From assembly GCA_963787115.1 (NCBI GenBank), contig CAWBBS010000011.1, positions 154,123 through 218,122 on the forward strand: DNA of 64,000 bases, in the 5' to 3' direction. The notes beneath the pieces were generated by a model, which worked only from the letters and a program-made list of their open reading frames with translations, ran no database searches and was not told where the DNA came from. The stretch is from an uncultured Solirubrobacteraceae bacterium (GTDB lineage Bacteria; Actinomycetota; Thermoleophilia; Solirubrobacterales; Solirubrobacteraceae). The position numbers were made by a program, and so were the translations under genes. Positions 9,343-19,057 of this stretch are shown here, piece after piece; position 1 is the stretch's first letter, and each line of letters starts with the position of its first letter.

Positions 9343-9417
9343 AGCACTCAGCCGAGCGGCGGGCGAGGCTCCGCCCAGCCCCGCCCGCCCTCGACGTTCA
9401 GTAGTAGCCTCCCAGGG

Positions 9418-9795
9418 GTGCTGGAGGGCGCGCATCTCGTGGGGTTCGTGGCTGCGAGCGACCTTGCTGTGGCGGCCGGGTTCTATGGCGACCGGCTGGG
9501 GCTGACTCAGATCGCATCCACGCCGCTTGCGGACGTGTACGACGTGAGCGGCGCGAGACTCTGCGTGGTGCGAGCCGACCGCGTCGAGCCGGCCGGGCAG
9601 ACCATTTTTGCGTGGAGCGTCGAGGATCTCAGCGCGACGGTCGCCCGGATGCGCGACGCCGGTATCGAGCTGATCACCTACGCGGGGCTCGAGCAGGACG
9701 ATGACGACGCCTGGACCTCACCCGGCGGCGCGCGGGTCGTGTGGTTCAAGGATCCGGATGGCCACATTCTCTCGGTGATGCAGCTGCCGGGCTAG
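9418..9795 (+). CDS. VOC/glyoxalase family protein
   Basis: FYGDRLGL and WFKDPDGHILS motifs; TAGCCT -10 box 7 nt before GTG. Confidence 0.88.
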   Translation: MLEGAHLVGFVAASDLAVAAGFYGDRLGLTQIASTPLADVYDVSGARLCVVRADRVEPAGQTIFAWSVEDLSATVARMRDAGIELITYAGLEQDDDDAWTSPGGARVVWFKDPDGHILSVMQLPG

Positions 9796-9883
9796 AGGCC
9801 CGGATCGCGCCCATGTCGCCCGCTCGTGGCCGAACCTCCGGGGCGCTGTTGCCGGGCGCCGCCCTCGCGCTGGAGGCCGGCTG

Positions 9884-10303
9884 ATGTCATCGGCGAACGT
9901 GGACCTCGTGCGCTCGATCTACGCAGCGTGGGAACACGGCGACTTCAGCGTCGACGAGTGGGCCCACCCGGAGATCGAATATGTGGTCGTGGACGGTCCC
10001 GAACCGGGACGCTGGGCCGGGCGCAAGGGGATGGCGGATGGCTGGCGAAGCTGGCTGCGAGGGTGGACGGACTTCCGCGCCGAGCCGGAGGGCTACCTCG
10101 TGCTCGACGACGAGCGCATACTCGCGCTCGTCCACAACAGCGCGGTCGGCCGCACGAGTGGATTGCAGCTCGATCAGCGTTCGGTCGCGAACCTGTTCGA
10201 GATCCAGGACGGCCTCGTGGTCCGCCTGGTCATCTATCTCGAACGCGATCATGCCTTCGCCGAGCTCGGTCTCGACCCGGAGCAGCCGCATGACGCAAGC
10301 TGA
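9884..10303 (+). CDS. SnoaL-like / NTF2-family protein
   Basis: MSSANVDLVRSIYAAWEHGD, HPEIEY, FEIQDGLVVR pattern. Confidence 0.85.
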   Translation: MSSANVDLVRSIYAAWEHGDFSVDEWAHPEIEYVVVDGPEPGRWAGRKGMADGWRSWLRGWTDFRAEPEGYLVLDDERILALVHNSAVGRTSGLQLDQRSVANLFEIQDGLVVRLVIYLERDHAFAELGLDPEQPHDAS

Positions 10304-10365
10304 GAGGTCGGCGTTCACCTACGGACGCGCCTGGGGGGATGGCGCCTCAATCTGGCTCTGGTGAA

Positions 10366-10455
10366 CGGAAGGGGGGGGATTCGAACCCCCGAGACGGGGG
10401 TTGCCCGCCTAACGGTTTTCAAGACCGCCGCATTCAACCGCTCTGCCACCCTTCC
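10366..10455 (-). tRNA. tRNA-Ser(TGA)
   Basis: GGAAGGG/CCCTTCC acceptor stem, anticodon loop CT-TGA-AA, long variable arm, GGTTCGAATCC T-arm; CCA not encoded. Confidence 0.96.
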
Positions 10456-10562
10456 GCGGTCCAACCATGCTACGGACTCGCCCGGCACGGCTCCTTCGAG
10501 AACGGCTCGCCTGGGGACCTGCGTTCGCGGCGACCGGCGCTCACGGCGCGCGTCCGCCCTGA

Positions 10563-11018
10563 TCACGGCCGGCCGTCCGCCAGGGCGGCGAGGGCGCGGG
10601 TGAAGCCCGCGACGCCGGCGCCGAGGGGCTCAAAGAAATCCCTGTCGCAACGCTCCACCTCGACGACGGCGCGATTGGCGAGCGCCGCGCCTGCGGGGGT
10701 GGGGGCGAGCATCCGCGCTCTCCCGTCCCGGGGGTGCGGTGTCCTGGTTATCAGGCCCCGCTCCTCGAGCGCACGGAGCACCTGGGAGGTCATCATCGGA
10801 TCGGTTGCCGCATGATCTGCGAGCCGGCGCTGGGTGATCGGCCCCTCCGCCTCCAGCCACGTCAGTGAGGCGAGCAGGACGAACTGGACGTGCGTCAGGC
10901 CGAGCGGCCTGAGCGCGGCGCGCTGTGCCGCCTGCCAGCGGTTGGTCGCCCGCCAGAGCAGGAAGCCGGGGCTGTCGTGTGCAGCCTGGTGTTCGCTATC
11001 GAGCCTGCGCTCCGGCAT
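10563..11018 (-). CDS. MarR-family transcriptional regulator
   Basis: SPGFLLWRATNRWQ, GLTHVQFVLLASL, DPMMTSQVLRALEERGLITR..HPRDGRA winged helix. Confidence 0.92.
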   Translation of the reverse strand: MPERRLDSEHQAAHDSPGFLLWRATNRWQAAQRAALRPLGLTHVQFVLLASLTWLEAEGPITQRRLADHAATDPMMTSQVLRALEERGLITRTPHPRDGRARMLAPTPAGAALANRAVVEVERCDRDFFEPLGAGVAGFTRALAALADGRP

Positions 11019-11430
11019 CGAGCCCCCTCATGGCGGCGCCGATGGCCCGGAAGTCGTGCTCGCTGAGCTCGATCAGCCCGCGGCGCAGCTTGTAGCCCCA
11101 GTTCGGCGTGGCCGTCAGCTCGAGCGAGCTTGAGAGCTCACCCAGGGGCGCCTCGCGGGCTGTGGCCTCGTAGGAGATGCGCCGGCGCCAGGGTTTGAAG
11201 GAGCCCTCGTCCGCCTGCCAGAGCTCCTCGTCCGTGACCTGCCCGATGGCGGTGAAGGCCCGCAGCGGCTCACGGCCCTGAAGGCTGATGCGAGGTGAGT
11301 AGTAGATCAGCCAGTCCCCCGGCTCCATCCGGGCCAGGCCGGCACGCTTGCCGTGGCCGATTTGCGCAATCCCGAGCTCCACGCCCCGCTTGACGTGATC
11401 CTGCGAGACGACCCCGAGCCAGTACTTCAC
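10996..11430 (-). CDS. EVE domain-containing protein
   Basis: KYWLGVVSQDHV..G, GDWLIYYSP, FTAIG, WGYKLRRGLIELSEHDF; GTG at 11430 with GGAGG RBS; 3' end overlaps marR start. Confidence 0.9.
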   Translation of the reverse strand: MKYWLGVVSQDHVKRGVELGIAQIGHGKRAGLARMEPGDWLIYYSPRISLQGREPLRAFTAIGQVTDEELWQADEGSFKPWRRRISYEATAREAPLGELSSSLELTATPNWGYKLRRGLIELSEHDFRAIGAAMRGLDAGAQAR

Positions 11431-11543
11431 GACCGGGCCTCCGCGGCGATCACGAGCCGGTTGAGTTCTTGTCGGCGGGTAGAGAAGGCCTCGGAGGATT
11501 CCTTGGAGCTCGCGTGGGATGTGGTGATCGTGGTTGCGTGCAT
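11427..11543 (-). CDS. Putative 38-aa leaderless peptide upstream of EVE gene (not in ORF track)
   Basis: MHATTITTSHASSKESSEAFSTRRQELNRLVIAAEARS*. Its TGA overlaps the EVE GTG (GTGA), and its ATG lies 7 nt after the -10 box. Confidence 0.5.
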   Translation of the reverse strand: MHATTITTSHASSKESSEAFSTRRQELNRLVIAAEARS

Positions 11544-11548
11544 GAAAG

Positions 11549-11579
11549 ATAGTATGCGCGCATATTAGATTGCTGTCAA
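11549..11579 (-). promoter_or_regulatory. Promoter with overlapping palindromic (probable MarR) operator
   Basis: TTGACA (11579-11574), 17 nt, CATACT (11556-11551). The perfect palindrome TATGCGCGCATA at 11553-11564 overlaps the -10 box and spacer. Confidence 0.7.
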
Positions 11580-11686
11580 GGTGGAGCGTCCGGCGGCGTC
11601 CAGTCACTGTTCGACACCGACGCGAAGGGCAGCTAGCATCGTTTGGGTCTTGAGGGGTTCTGAATGAGGGATTGGGGTTGAGGTTC

Positions 11687-13835
11687 ATGGATCGAACGAG
11701 GAATCAGCGGGGCCGGCAGGCCTCGCGCATCGCACGGATCGCGTTGACGCTCACGGCGGCACTGGCGCTTCTCGCCGCCGCAGCCCCGGCGACGTTCGCC
11801 GCCCACTCAGGCGCCCAGCACCGGCGCTCGCACCGCATCAAGCGCGTCTGCAAAACGTCAAGGCCCCGCGCGGCCTCCTGCCTGGCGCTCAGGCTGCTGC
11901 CGGCCACCTCCTCGCCCGCCGCCACGCCGGCGACCGCGGCCGTGGCCGCCCGGGCGAACACGCGCAGGCTGGTGACGTACAAGGAACCGGAACCCGATTT
12001 TCTCACCCCGCAACTGCTGCACAACGCCTACAACCTGCCGACGGAAACAGCCGCCGACTCGCTGCAGACGATCGCTCTGGTGGACGCGTACAACGATCCC
12101 ACCGTCGAAGCAGACCTCGCCGTGTACGACAGCGAGTTCCACCTGCCCGCCTGCACCACCGCCAACGGCTGCTTCCGCAAGGTCAACCAGGAAGGTAACG
12201 CCAGCCCGCTGCCCGCGAACAACGGCGGCTGGGCGGTCGAGATATCGATCGACGTGCAGATGGCCCACGCGATCTGCAACACCTGCAAAATCCTGCTCGT
12301 CGAGGCGGAAGGCGAAAGCTTCTCCCAGCTCGGCGCCGGCGTGAACGCTGCCGTCAAGGACGGCGCGACCGAGGTCAGCAACTCCTACGGGGCCTCTGAG
12401 ACCTCGGAACTCGAAAGCTACGGCGCCAAGTACTTCAACCATCCGGGCGTCGTCGTGACCGCCGCCTCGGGCGACTGCGGGTACATCGACTATCTCTGCG
12501 CCACCAAACTGGAACCCGCGGCCGCGAGCTTCCCGGCCGACTCACCCGACGTTGTTGCTGTGGGAGGGACGAGCCTCCGCGAAGCCGGGGGAGGATGGAC
12601 CAGTACCGCCTGGAGCGAAGGCGGCAGCGGGTGCAGCCACATCTTCTCGGCGCAGCTGTGGCAACTGCATCTCGCGGAATTCCCGGCAACCGGCTGCGTG
12701 GGCGCCCGCTCGGTCGCCGACGTGTCCGCGATCGGCGACCCCGAAACAGGTGTGGACATGTACGACAGCACCCCTGAAGAACCGCGCGCCCCGACGGGCT
12801 GGGGGGTCTGGGGCGGCACCTCAGTGGCCTCCCCGATCGTCGCCGCCGAGTTCGCGCTCGCCGGCGGCGCGCACGGCGTCGCCTACCCGGCGCAGACCGT
12901 CTACGGGTACCTGGGCGACTCGAGCGCCCTCTACGACGTGACGTCCGGCGAAAACGGCACCTGCGCCGGCGCCACCGCCTGCAAGGCCGTGGTCGGCTAC
13001 GACGGCCCGACCGGTCTCGGCAGCCCGCTCGGCATCTCCGCCTTCGCCACACCCGGCGCGCCGGTCGGCCAGGGTGCGCCCGTCATTGCGGGTATCTCCG
13101 AAGTCGGCTCGACTCTGACCTTCACCCCCGGCTCCTGGGCTGGCTCCCCGACCTCCATCGCAGACCAGTGGGAGCTGTGCAACGGCCTCGGCGGAGGCTG
13201 CTCGGCGATAGCGGGCGCCACCGGCTCGAGCCTGCTGCTCACCTCGGCGGACGCCGGCGGGACCATACGCATCCAGGAAACCGCCGCGAACTCATCCGGC
13301 GGCGGCGTCGAGCAGAGCTCGGCGGCAAGCGACGCCATACCGTCCAGCGTGGTGTCGATGAGCGGCTTCACCCCGTCATCGGGCATCACCGGTAGCGCGG
13401 TGATCATCAGCGGCAGCGCCCTGGGGCAGGTCACCTCGGTCTCGTTCGGCACGCTCTCCGCGAAGCTTCAAGGCTCTCTCCTCCACCACGCTGGAAGCGA
13501 TCGTCCCCAACGGTGCCAAGAAGGGCAAGGTCACGATCACGGGTCCCGAAGGCAGCATCTCGACCAAGGCGAAGTTCACGCCCACGCTCTCGGTGACCGG
13601 GATCTCGCCCGCCAGCGGGACTGTGGGCAAGCAGATCTCGATCAAGGGCGTCGGGTTCGCCGCGGGGGTGACCGTCAGCTTCGGCGGCGTGCAGGCGACG
13701 AGCGTCGGGCTCTCGTCCTCCAAGAAACTGAAGGTCGTGGTCCCCGCCGGAGCGCTCAGCGGACCGGTGACGGTGACCAACACGCAGGCCCCCGCGGGCT
13801 CGGTGCAGAGCGCCTCGAGCTTCGCGGTCAACTGA
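11687..13835 (+). CDS. Secreted S53 (sedolisin)-family peptidase with Ig-like and two IPT/TIG domains; one frameshift near 13466
   Basis: EISIDVQ, ASGD and GGTSVASP catalytic motifs. Removing one C in GCGAAG-C-TTCAAG restores the frame into the 13593-13835 IPT ORF. Confidence 0.88.
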
Positions 13836-13932
13836 TCCGCCCACCCCGGCTTAGTCGCCGAGGCCGGGGCGCGGCGGGCAGCGATGGCACGCGCTCTCCC
13901 CGCACGCCCTAAACTGGCCCTTCCTAGCGCTG

Positions 13933-14021
13933 GGAGAGGTGGCCGAGAGGCTGAAGGCACTCGCCTGCTAAGCGAGTATGGGGGTCAAACTCCATCGCGG
14001 GTTCGAATCCCGCCCTCTCCG
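13933..14021 (+). tRNA. tRNA-Ser(GCT)
   Basis: GGAGAGG/CCTCTCC acceptor stem, loop CT-GCT-AA, long variable arm, GGTTCGAATCC. Confidence 0.96.
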
Positions 14022-14091
14022 CTCAGAGTGCTCCGGACCACGCTCCTCCGCCCGGAGCGTGGTCCGGGCCGTGTGCAAAGGGCCGTGGCCG

Positions 14092-14385
14092 CTATTCGGT
14101 GGATTCGTCCGCGGCGACCGCGAAGACGATGTGCCGGCGGGCGAGGCTCAGGTAGGCGTGCAGCTCGATGGGGCCGCCCTCCAGAGGGGCGACCGTCACG
14201 TCGGTGAGGGTTATGAAGTCGCGCTCGGAGGCGTTCAGTACGTCCGAGACGCGGCTGCGGTAGCCGTCGCGCGCGAGCGTCATGACGCCCTCGATGCGGT
14301 GGCGCTCGGTCTCGACCCTGATCCGCTCGTGGCGGTGGTCGATGCCGGGCTTGCCCTCGTCCGGAACTGGCTCCTCGTCGCTCAT
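14092..14385 (-). CDS. Conserved hypothetical protein (DUF6812-like)
   Basis: RIEG..TL..DGYRSRVSDVLN..ERDFI.LTDV pattern; GATAAT 6 nt before ATG. Confidence 0.7.
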   Translation of the reverse strand: MSDEEPVPDEGKPGIDHRHERIRVETERHRIEGVMTLARDGYRSRVSDVLNASERDFITLTDVTVAPLEGGPIELHAYLSLARRHIVFAVAADESTE

Positions 14386-14419
14386 GCGCCCATTATCGGG
14401 CTTCCGCGCGCCGGGCGCG

Positions 14420-15442
14420 CTAGAGGATGCCCTCAGGGGTGCGCGCCGGCAGGCCCGCTCGCGCCGGTGGGGCCTCGGGGAGGCGTCCTGTGTCGGTCGG
14501 CCGGTTGAGCTCCTCGCGGACTATGTAGAGCGGCCGGTGCTTGACCTCGTCGTAGATGCGCCCGACGTACTCGCCGATCACGCCGAGGGCGATCAGCTGG
14601 ATGCCGCCGAGCAGCAGGATCGCGATCGTGATCGAGCTGAAGCCCGGCAGGTAGGAGTCGGCGATGCGCAGTGCGATGACCACGGGGATAGCTATGAAGG
14701 CGAGCCCGGCGGAGAGGATCCCGGCGTATGTCGCGAGCTGCAGAGGCAGGTGGGAGAAGGACGCGATCGCGTCAAGTGAGAAGCGCAGCATCTTGCGCAG
14801 CGTGTACTTGGTCTCGCCGGCCTGCCGGGCGTCGCGCTGGTATGAGATCGCGGTCTGGGTGAAGCCCACCCACACGGTCATGCCGCGAAGGAAGCGCGAG
14901 CGCTCGGTCATCGCGAGCAGCGCGTTCAGGGCCCTGCGGTCGAGCAGCCGGAAGTCGCCCGAGTTCGGCTCGAGGTCGACCTGGGCGAGCTTGTCGAACA
15001 GCTTGTAGAACCACGACGCGGTCGCGAGCTTGAAGGCGGTCTCTCCCTCCCGCTGCTTGCGGACCGCATAGACCACGTCCGATCCCTGGCTCCACTGGGC
15101 GACCATGTCGGGGATCAGCTCGGGCGGGTCCTGCAGGTCGGCGTCGATCATCGCCACGACGTCTCCGACCGCGTGCTCCAGGCCGGCCGTGAGGGCCGCC
15201 TGGTGACCGAAGTTGCGGGACAGGTGCACGACGCGGACACGCGGGTTGGCTGCCGCGAGCCGGTCGAGGATCGCCGCCGTGCCGTCGGAGCTGCCGTCGT
15301 TCACCAGCACGAGCTCGAACTCGAAGTCCGCGACCGCCGCGCTCGTGCGCGTGACGAACTCCTCGATCAGCTCCTCCTCGTCGTAGACCGGGGCGACCAC
15401 GCTGAGGAGAACGGGTGTGCGAAGTGGTGTGTCCGGCATCAT
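14420..15442 (-). CDS. GT2 polyisoprenyl-phosphate glycosyltransferase (GtrB/ArnC-like)
   Basis: VNDGSSD, LSRNFGHQAAL, DADLQDPP, GDFRLLDR, two C-terminal TM helices, GEYVGRIY.EVK.RP. Confidence 0.93.
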   Translation of the reverse strand: MMPDTPLRTPVLLSVVAPVYDEEELIEEFVTRTSAAVADFEFELVLVNDGSSDGTAAILDRLAAANPRVRVVHLSRNFGHQAALTAGLEHAVGDVVAMIDADLQDPPELIPDMVAQWSQGSDVVYAVRKQREGETAFKLATASWFYKLFDKLAQVDLEPNSGDFRLLDRRALNALLAMTERSRFLRGMTVWVGFTQTAISYQRDARQAGETKYTLRKMLRFSLDAIASFSHLPLQLATYAGILSAGLAFIAIPVVIALRIADSYLPGFSSITIAILLLGGIQLIALGVIGEYVGRIYDEVKHRPLYIVREELNRPTDTGRLPEAPPARAGLPARTPEGIL

Positions 15443-15539
15443 TTTCCTTCGGCGCGCGAGGCTGTCGGTTCGCGCCGGGCCTCCATGATCGGGCCGGGCC
15501 CTAAGCCGCTGCTCAATTTATCGTTCATCCTGTCTACGG

Positions 15540-16016
15540 ATGCCCTCTCGAGACGAGCCGCCGCAGATGAGCACAAGCCTAGCGCCCGCACCCCGGCACC
15601 CGCGGGTGACGGTTCTCATCCAGTTCGTCAAGTTCGGGATCGTCGGCATCTCGAACACGCTGATCACCTTCATCGTCTACACGCTGCTGCTGAAGGTATT
15701 CGGCGTCAACTACCTGCTGGCGTCAGCGATCGGCTTCATCGCAGGGGCCACCAACGGCTTCCTGATCAACCGCCGCTGGACCTTCCGCGAGCACGTCGGC
15801 GATGCCCTGACCCCCGTGCGCTGGGGAGTCGTGCAGACGGGAGGCCTCGCGATCGACGAGGTGCTGCTCTACCTGCTCGTCCACGACGCGCATCTCGACA
15901 AGCTGCTCGCCCAGGCCCTCGCGACCGTCGTTGTGACGGTCACGACATTCTTCGCCAACCGGGCGTGGACGTTCCGAGTCCCTGCGCCGGTCGCCGTCGC
16001 CGACGGGGACCGCTGA
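15540..16016 (+). CDS. GtrA-family flippase
   Basis: QFVKFGIVG..NT, NRRWTF, four TM segments. Confidence 0.9.
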   Translation: MPSRDEPPQMSTSLAPAPRHPRVTVLIQFVKFGIVGISNTLITFIVYTLLLKVFGVNYLLASAIGFIAGATNGFLINRRWTFREHVGDALTPVRWGVVQTGGLAIDEVLLYLLVHDAHLDKLLAQALATVVVTVTTFFANRAWTFRVPAPVAVADGDR

Positions 16017-16019
16017 GGA

Positions 16020-16748
16020 TCAGCGGAAGACCGCGAGCAGCGAGAGCCCGGCGGGGATCCTGCCGCCGCGGGCGATCAGGGACCCCTCGAGCACGAGCGG
16101 CCGTTCGAACAGCCAGTTCAGCGGTTCCGGCGGAACCCACAGGTCCAGGCTCGACTCCGTCGTCTTGGTGCTCATGCGGTCCAGCACGCGCAGGATGATC
16201 GCGGCGGGCAGGAGCAGCGAGTTGAAGTAGGTGGTGCGCACCTGGCGCCAGCCGGCCTGCTCGGCGGCGGCCTGAAGGGTGCGCTTGGTGTAGCGGCGGT
16301 GGTGGTGGTTGATCTCGTCGTGCCCGCTCCACAGCCACTGGTAGGCGGGGACGGTCACCAGCAGCGCGCCGCCGGGCGCGACGGTGCGGCGCAGCTCGCG
16401 CAGGGCGCTGACGTCGTCCTGCAGGTGCTCGATCACGTCCAGGCTGACGGCCAGGTCGAACGCGCCGTCCTCGAACGGCATCTCCAGCACCGAGCCTTCG
16501 ATCACCTCGCCCGAGTTGCGCTCCCTTGCCGCGGCGACGCTCGTGTCCGAGAGCTCGACGCCCGTGACGGTCCCGTGCCTTGCCAGCTCGATCATGTTCC
16601 GGCCGCTGCCGCAGCCGGCGTCCAGGATGCGTGCCTGGGGCGGAAGGCCCAGCCCGTTGATGACTCCCTCGAGGACGATCCGGCGCCCGCGGTACCACCA
16701 GTGGCGGTCCTCGACCTGCAGGGTCTGGAGCTCGTAATCCCTATCCAT
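16020..16748 (-). CDS. Class I SAM-dependent methyltransferase
   Basis: HWWYRGRR, ILDAGCGSG, DVIEH, VPAYQWLWSGHD..NHHHRRY. Confidence 0.92.
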   Translation of the reverse strand: MDRDYELQTLQVEDRHWWYRGRRIVLEGVINGLGLPPQARILDAGCGSGRNMIELARHGTVTGVELSDTSVAAARERNSGEVIEGSVLEMPFEDGAFDLAVSLDVIEHLQDDVSALRELRRTVAPGGALLVTVPAYQWLWSGHDEINHHHRRYTKRTLQAAAEQAGWRQVRTTYFNSLLLPAAIILRVLDRMSTKTTESSLDLWVPPEPLNWLFERPLVLEGSLIARGGRIPAGLSLLAVFR

Positions 16749-16754
16749 TGGACC

Positions 16755-18141
16755 TCATCCTTCCCTATCGGCACCCTGCAACGCGCTGCGCCCGCTCGCG
16801 GCGGACGCCGGCGCGGCCCCGCCGGCGCTCCTAATCGAGTACTCGATCGACCCGTGCGCGCCGCGCCAGACGGCCACCGCATCGTCGCCGGTGGGGTCGA
16901 CCGCGACCGTCGCCTGGCTGTTGGTTGCGGGTCCCTCGACCAGCTCGGGGGTCCCGAACGCAACCCGCCGGGGCGCCTGAAAGCCGCGCGCCGCGTAGAT
17001 CGCGCCCGGGGATGCGGGGCCCTCGCTCTGATCCCAGAGCATCAGGGCCTCGCCGTCGGGGCCGGCCGCCAGCGACTGGAGCATCGCGTCCTGCCCGTTC
17101 GGCGCATACGTGTCGATCTTGCCGAGGCCGCTGAGCTGGACCGGTGCGCTGCGCAGCACCCAGTGGCCGGCGCTGGCGCCCGTCCAGGCGATCATCACGG
17201 CCTCCGAGCGCAGCCTCAGCAGCAGCGGCGGTGTCGCGGGGCGTCTCGTGTCGGGTGCGGTGAAGCTCTCCAGGACCCTCTTGGCGCCAAAGCCGACGCC
17301 CGCGCCGGAGATGTCCAGGTGCACGCTGAGGTGCGCGCCGCGCGTTTCGGTCCACGCGACGATGGCGTGTCCGTCGTCGCTGAGCATGGAACTGACCTGG
17401 GTTCCGGGTGCAACCGTCGCCAGACGCTGGATCGCGCGCGGGTAGCCCCTGGTCGGGCAGGTAGCGCGCATACAGGCTGGAACCCTGGATCCAGGTCGCG
17501 AGTGTGTCGGTGCGGAAGTCGAGGGCCACCGTGGCGGCCGAGGGCGTCCCTCCGGGCGCAGCCGTCACCGGCGCGGCGAAGCTCTGGGTGAAGAAGCGCT
17601 CGCGCTGCACGCGCAGCCCGCCCGTCCCGCCCGCCGGCGTGCTCGCCAGTGCCACGTCGCCCAGGTAGGCGCGTGCAAGCGACGCCGGCGCCGATGCCGC
17701 GCCGACCTCGGGCAGCACCGAGAACGGCCCTGTGGCTGTGCCCTGGATCACGAGCAGTTCAGACGGGTCGATGGGCCTTGAGCCCGCGATCACGATCTGC
17801 CCCCGCGGCGCCGCGCTGGCCTCGAGCACACCATGCGGGGCGATCACCGCCCCCGATGTGCTGAGGGGCAGGGTGGACCTGCCCGGGCGCTCGCCCCGGC
17901 CGAGCACCGCCACGCGCGCACCCGCGCCGCCGGGGCAGTGCGTCCCGGCGCTCCACACGATCGCCCCGGGACCGGTGCCGGCGGTCGGGCTCGCGCTCGG
18001 GAAGAGCACCTGCGCGCCGCCGCTGGCGGCGCAGGCTGACAGGACCGCGGGCGGCGACCACGGACCCGGCGGGGGCGCGACGCCTTTGCGCGGCGGGCTG
18101 TCGGCGCATGCGGGCACGCTCACCAGCACTCCCGCGGCCAC
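16755..18141 (-). CDS. Putative secreted/lipoprotein of unknown function, frameshift near 17455
   Basis: The N-terminal frame (16831..18141) reads protein-like to ..YARYLP and continues in the 16755..17471 frame (TRGYPRAIQRL..AIVAW). Hydrophobic leader ends VPAC; start uncertain. Confidence 0.6.
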
Positions 18142-18209
18142 GGCGGCGGCCAGCCGCCACCGGCGCAGGCGCCAGCGGCCGCGTGTGTGCTCGTCGATCG
18201 GGCTGATGC

Positions 18210-18887
18210 TCAGGACAGTGCGGACCGCAGGAAGCTGACGGTCCGATCCCAGGAGCGCTTGGCGTCGCTCTCGCTGTACGTGCCGAGGCGATCGGTGTCG
18301 TTGAAGAAGGCGTGCCCGGCGCCCTCATAGAAGTCGAACTCGACCTCGACGCCGGCGCCGCGGATCTCCTCTTCGAGCGCCTTGGCGTCCTCCACCGGGA
18401 CGAACGCGTCGGCCGTGCCGAAGTGCCCGAGCACCGGACCTTTGATCCCCTTGAAGTCCGGCTTGCCGTGGGGCATCACGTAGTAGTAGCTCACGACCGC
18501 CTCGATGTTCGGGCAGTACGCGGCCGCCCACACCGATAGCCCTCCGCCGAGGCAGAACCCGACCGACCCGACGCCCTTGCCCTCGACGCCCGGCTGGGAG
18601 GCGAGGAAGTCGGCTGCGCCGCACATGTCCTTCTCGGCCTGATCCATCGACAGCGCCATCATCTTCTGTTCGGCCTCGCTCGGCTGGGCTGCCGTCTCGC
18701 CCCTGTAGAGGTCGGGCGCGAGGGCGAAGAAGCCCTCGGCCGCGAAGCGGTCGCAGATCGAGCGGATGTGCTCGTCAAGGCCCCACCACTCCTGCAGCAC
18801 GATCGTCGCCGGTCCCTTCTCGCCCGCTGGAACGGCGAGGTATCCGGGCGCCACGCCGGCGCTGGTGGGGAACTCGATGTCGGGCAT
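18210..18887 (-). CDS. Dienelactone hydrolase family protein
   Basis: QEWWGL, APDLYRG, nucleophile GFCLGG, HAFFN. Confidence 0.93.
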   Translation of the reverse strand: MPDIEFPTSAGVAPGYLAVPAGEKGPATIVLQEWWGLDEHIRSICDRFAAEGFFALAPDLYRGETAAQPSEAEQKMMALSMDQAEKDMCGAADFLASQPGVEGKGVGSVGFCLGGGLSVWAAAYCPNIEAVVSYYYVMPHGKPDFKGIKGPVLGHFGTADAFVPVEDAKALEEEIRGAGVEVEFDFYEGAGHAFFNDTDRLGTYSESDAKRSWDRTVSFLRSALS

Positions 18888-19057
18888 GGGTGACTCCTTC
18901 GCTTGGGTGGCTGAGTTTCCTGATGCGCGCACAACCGCGGCGGGGGAATGTTCGCATGGCGAGGGCGCGTCGTGCCGAGCCCGCGGGCCCGCGGCCCGGC
19001 GCCGGTATGGTTCGCGCCGCACCCACTCGCCCCAGTCGTTCGATCAGGAGGCAAAGC

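Noticed and set aside
13460-13475. Programmed frameshift in the S53 peptidase (also at ~17455 and ~52930)
   Set aside because: No slippery heptamer or downstream structure is seen; a single-base indel restores one continuous protein, so sequencing error or recent mutation is likelier.
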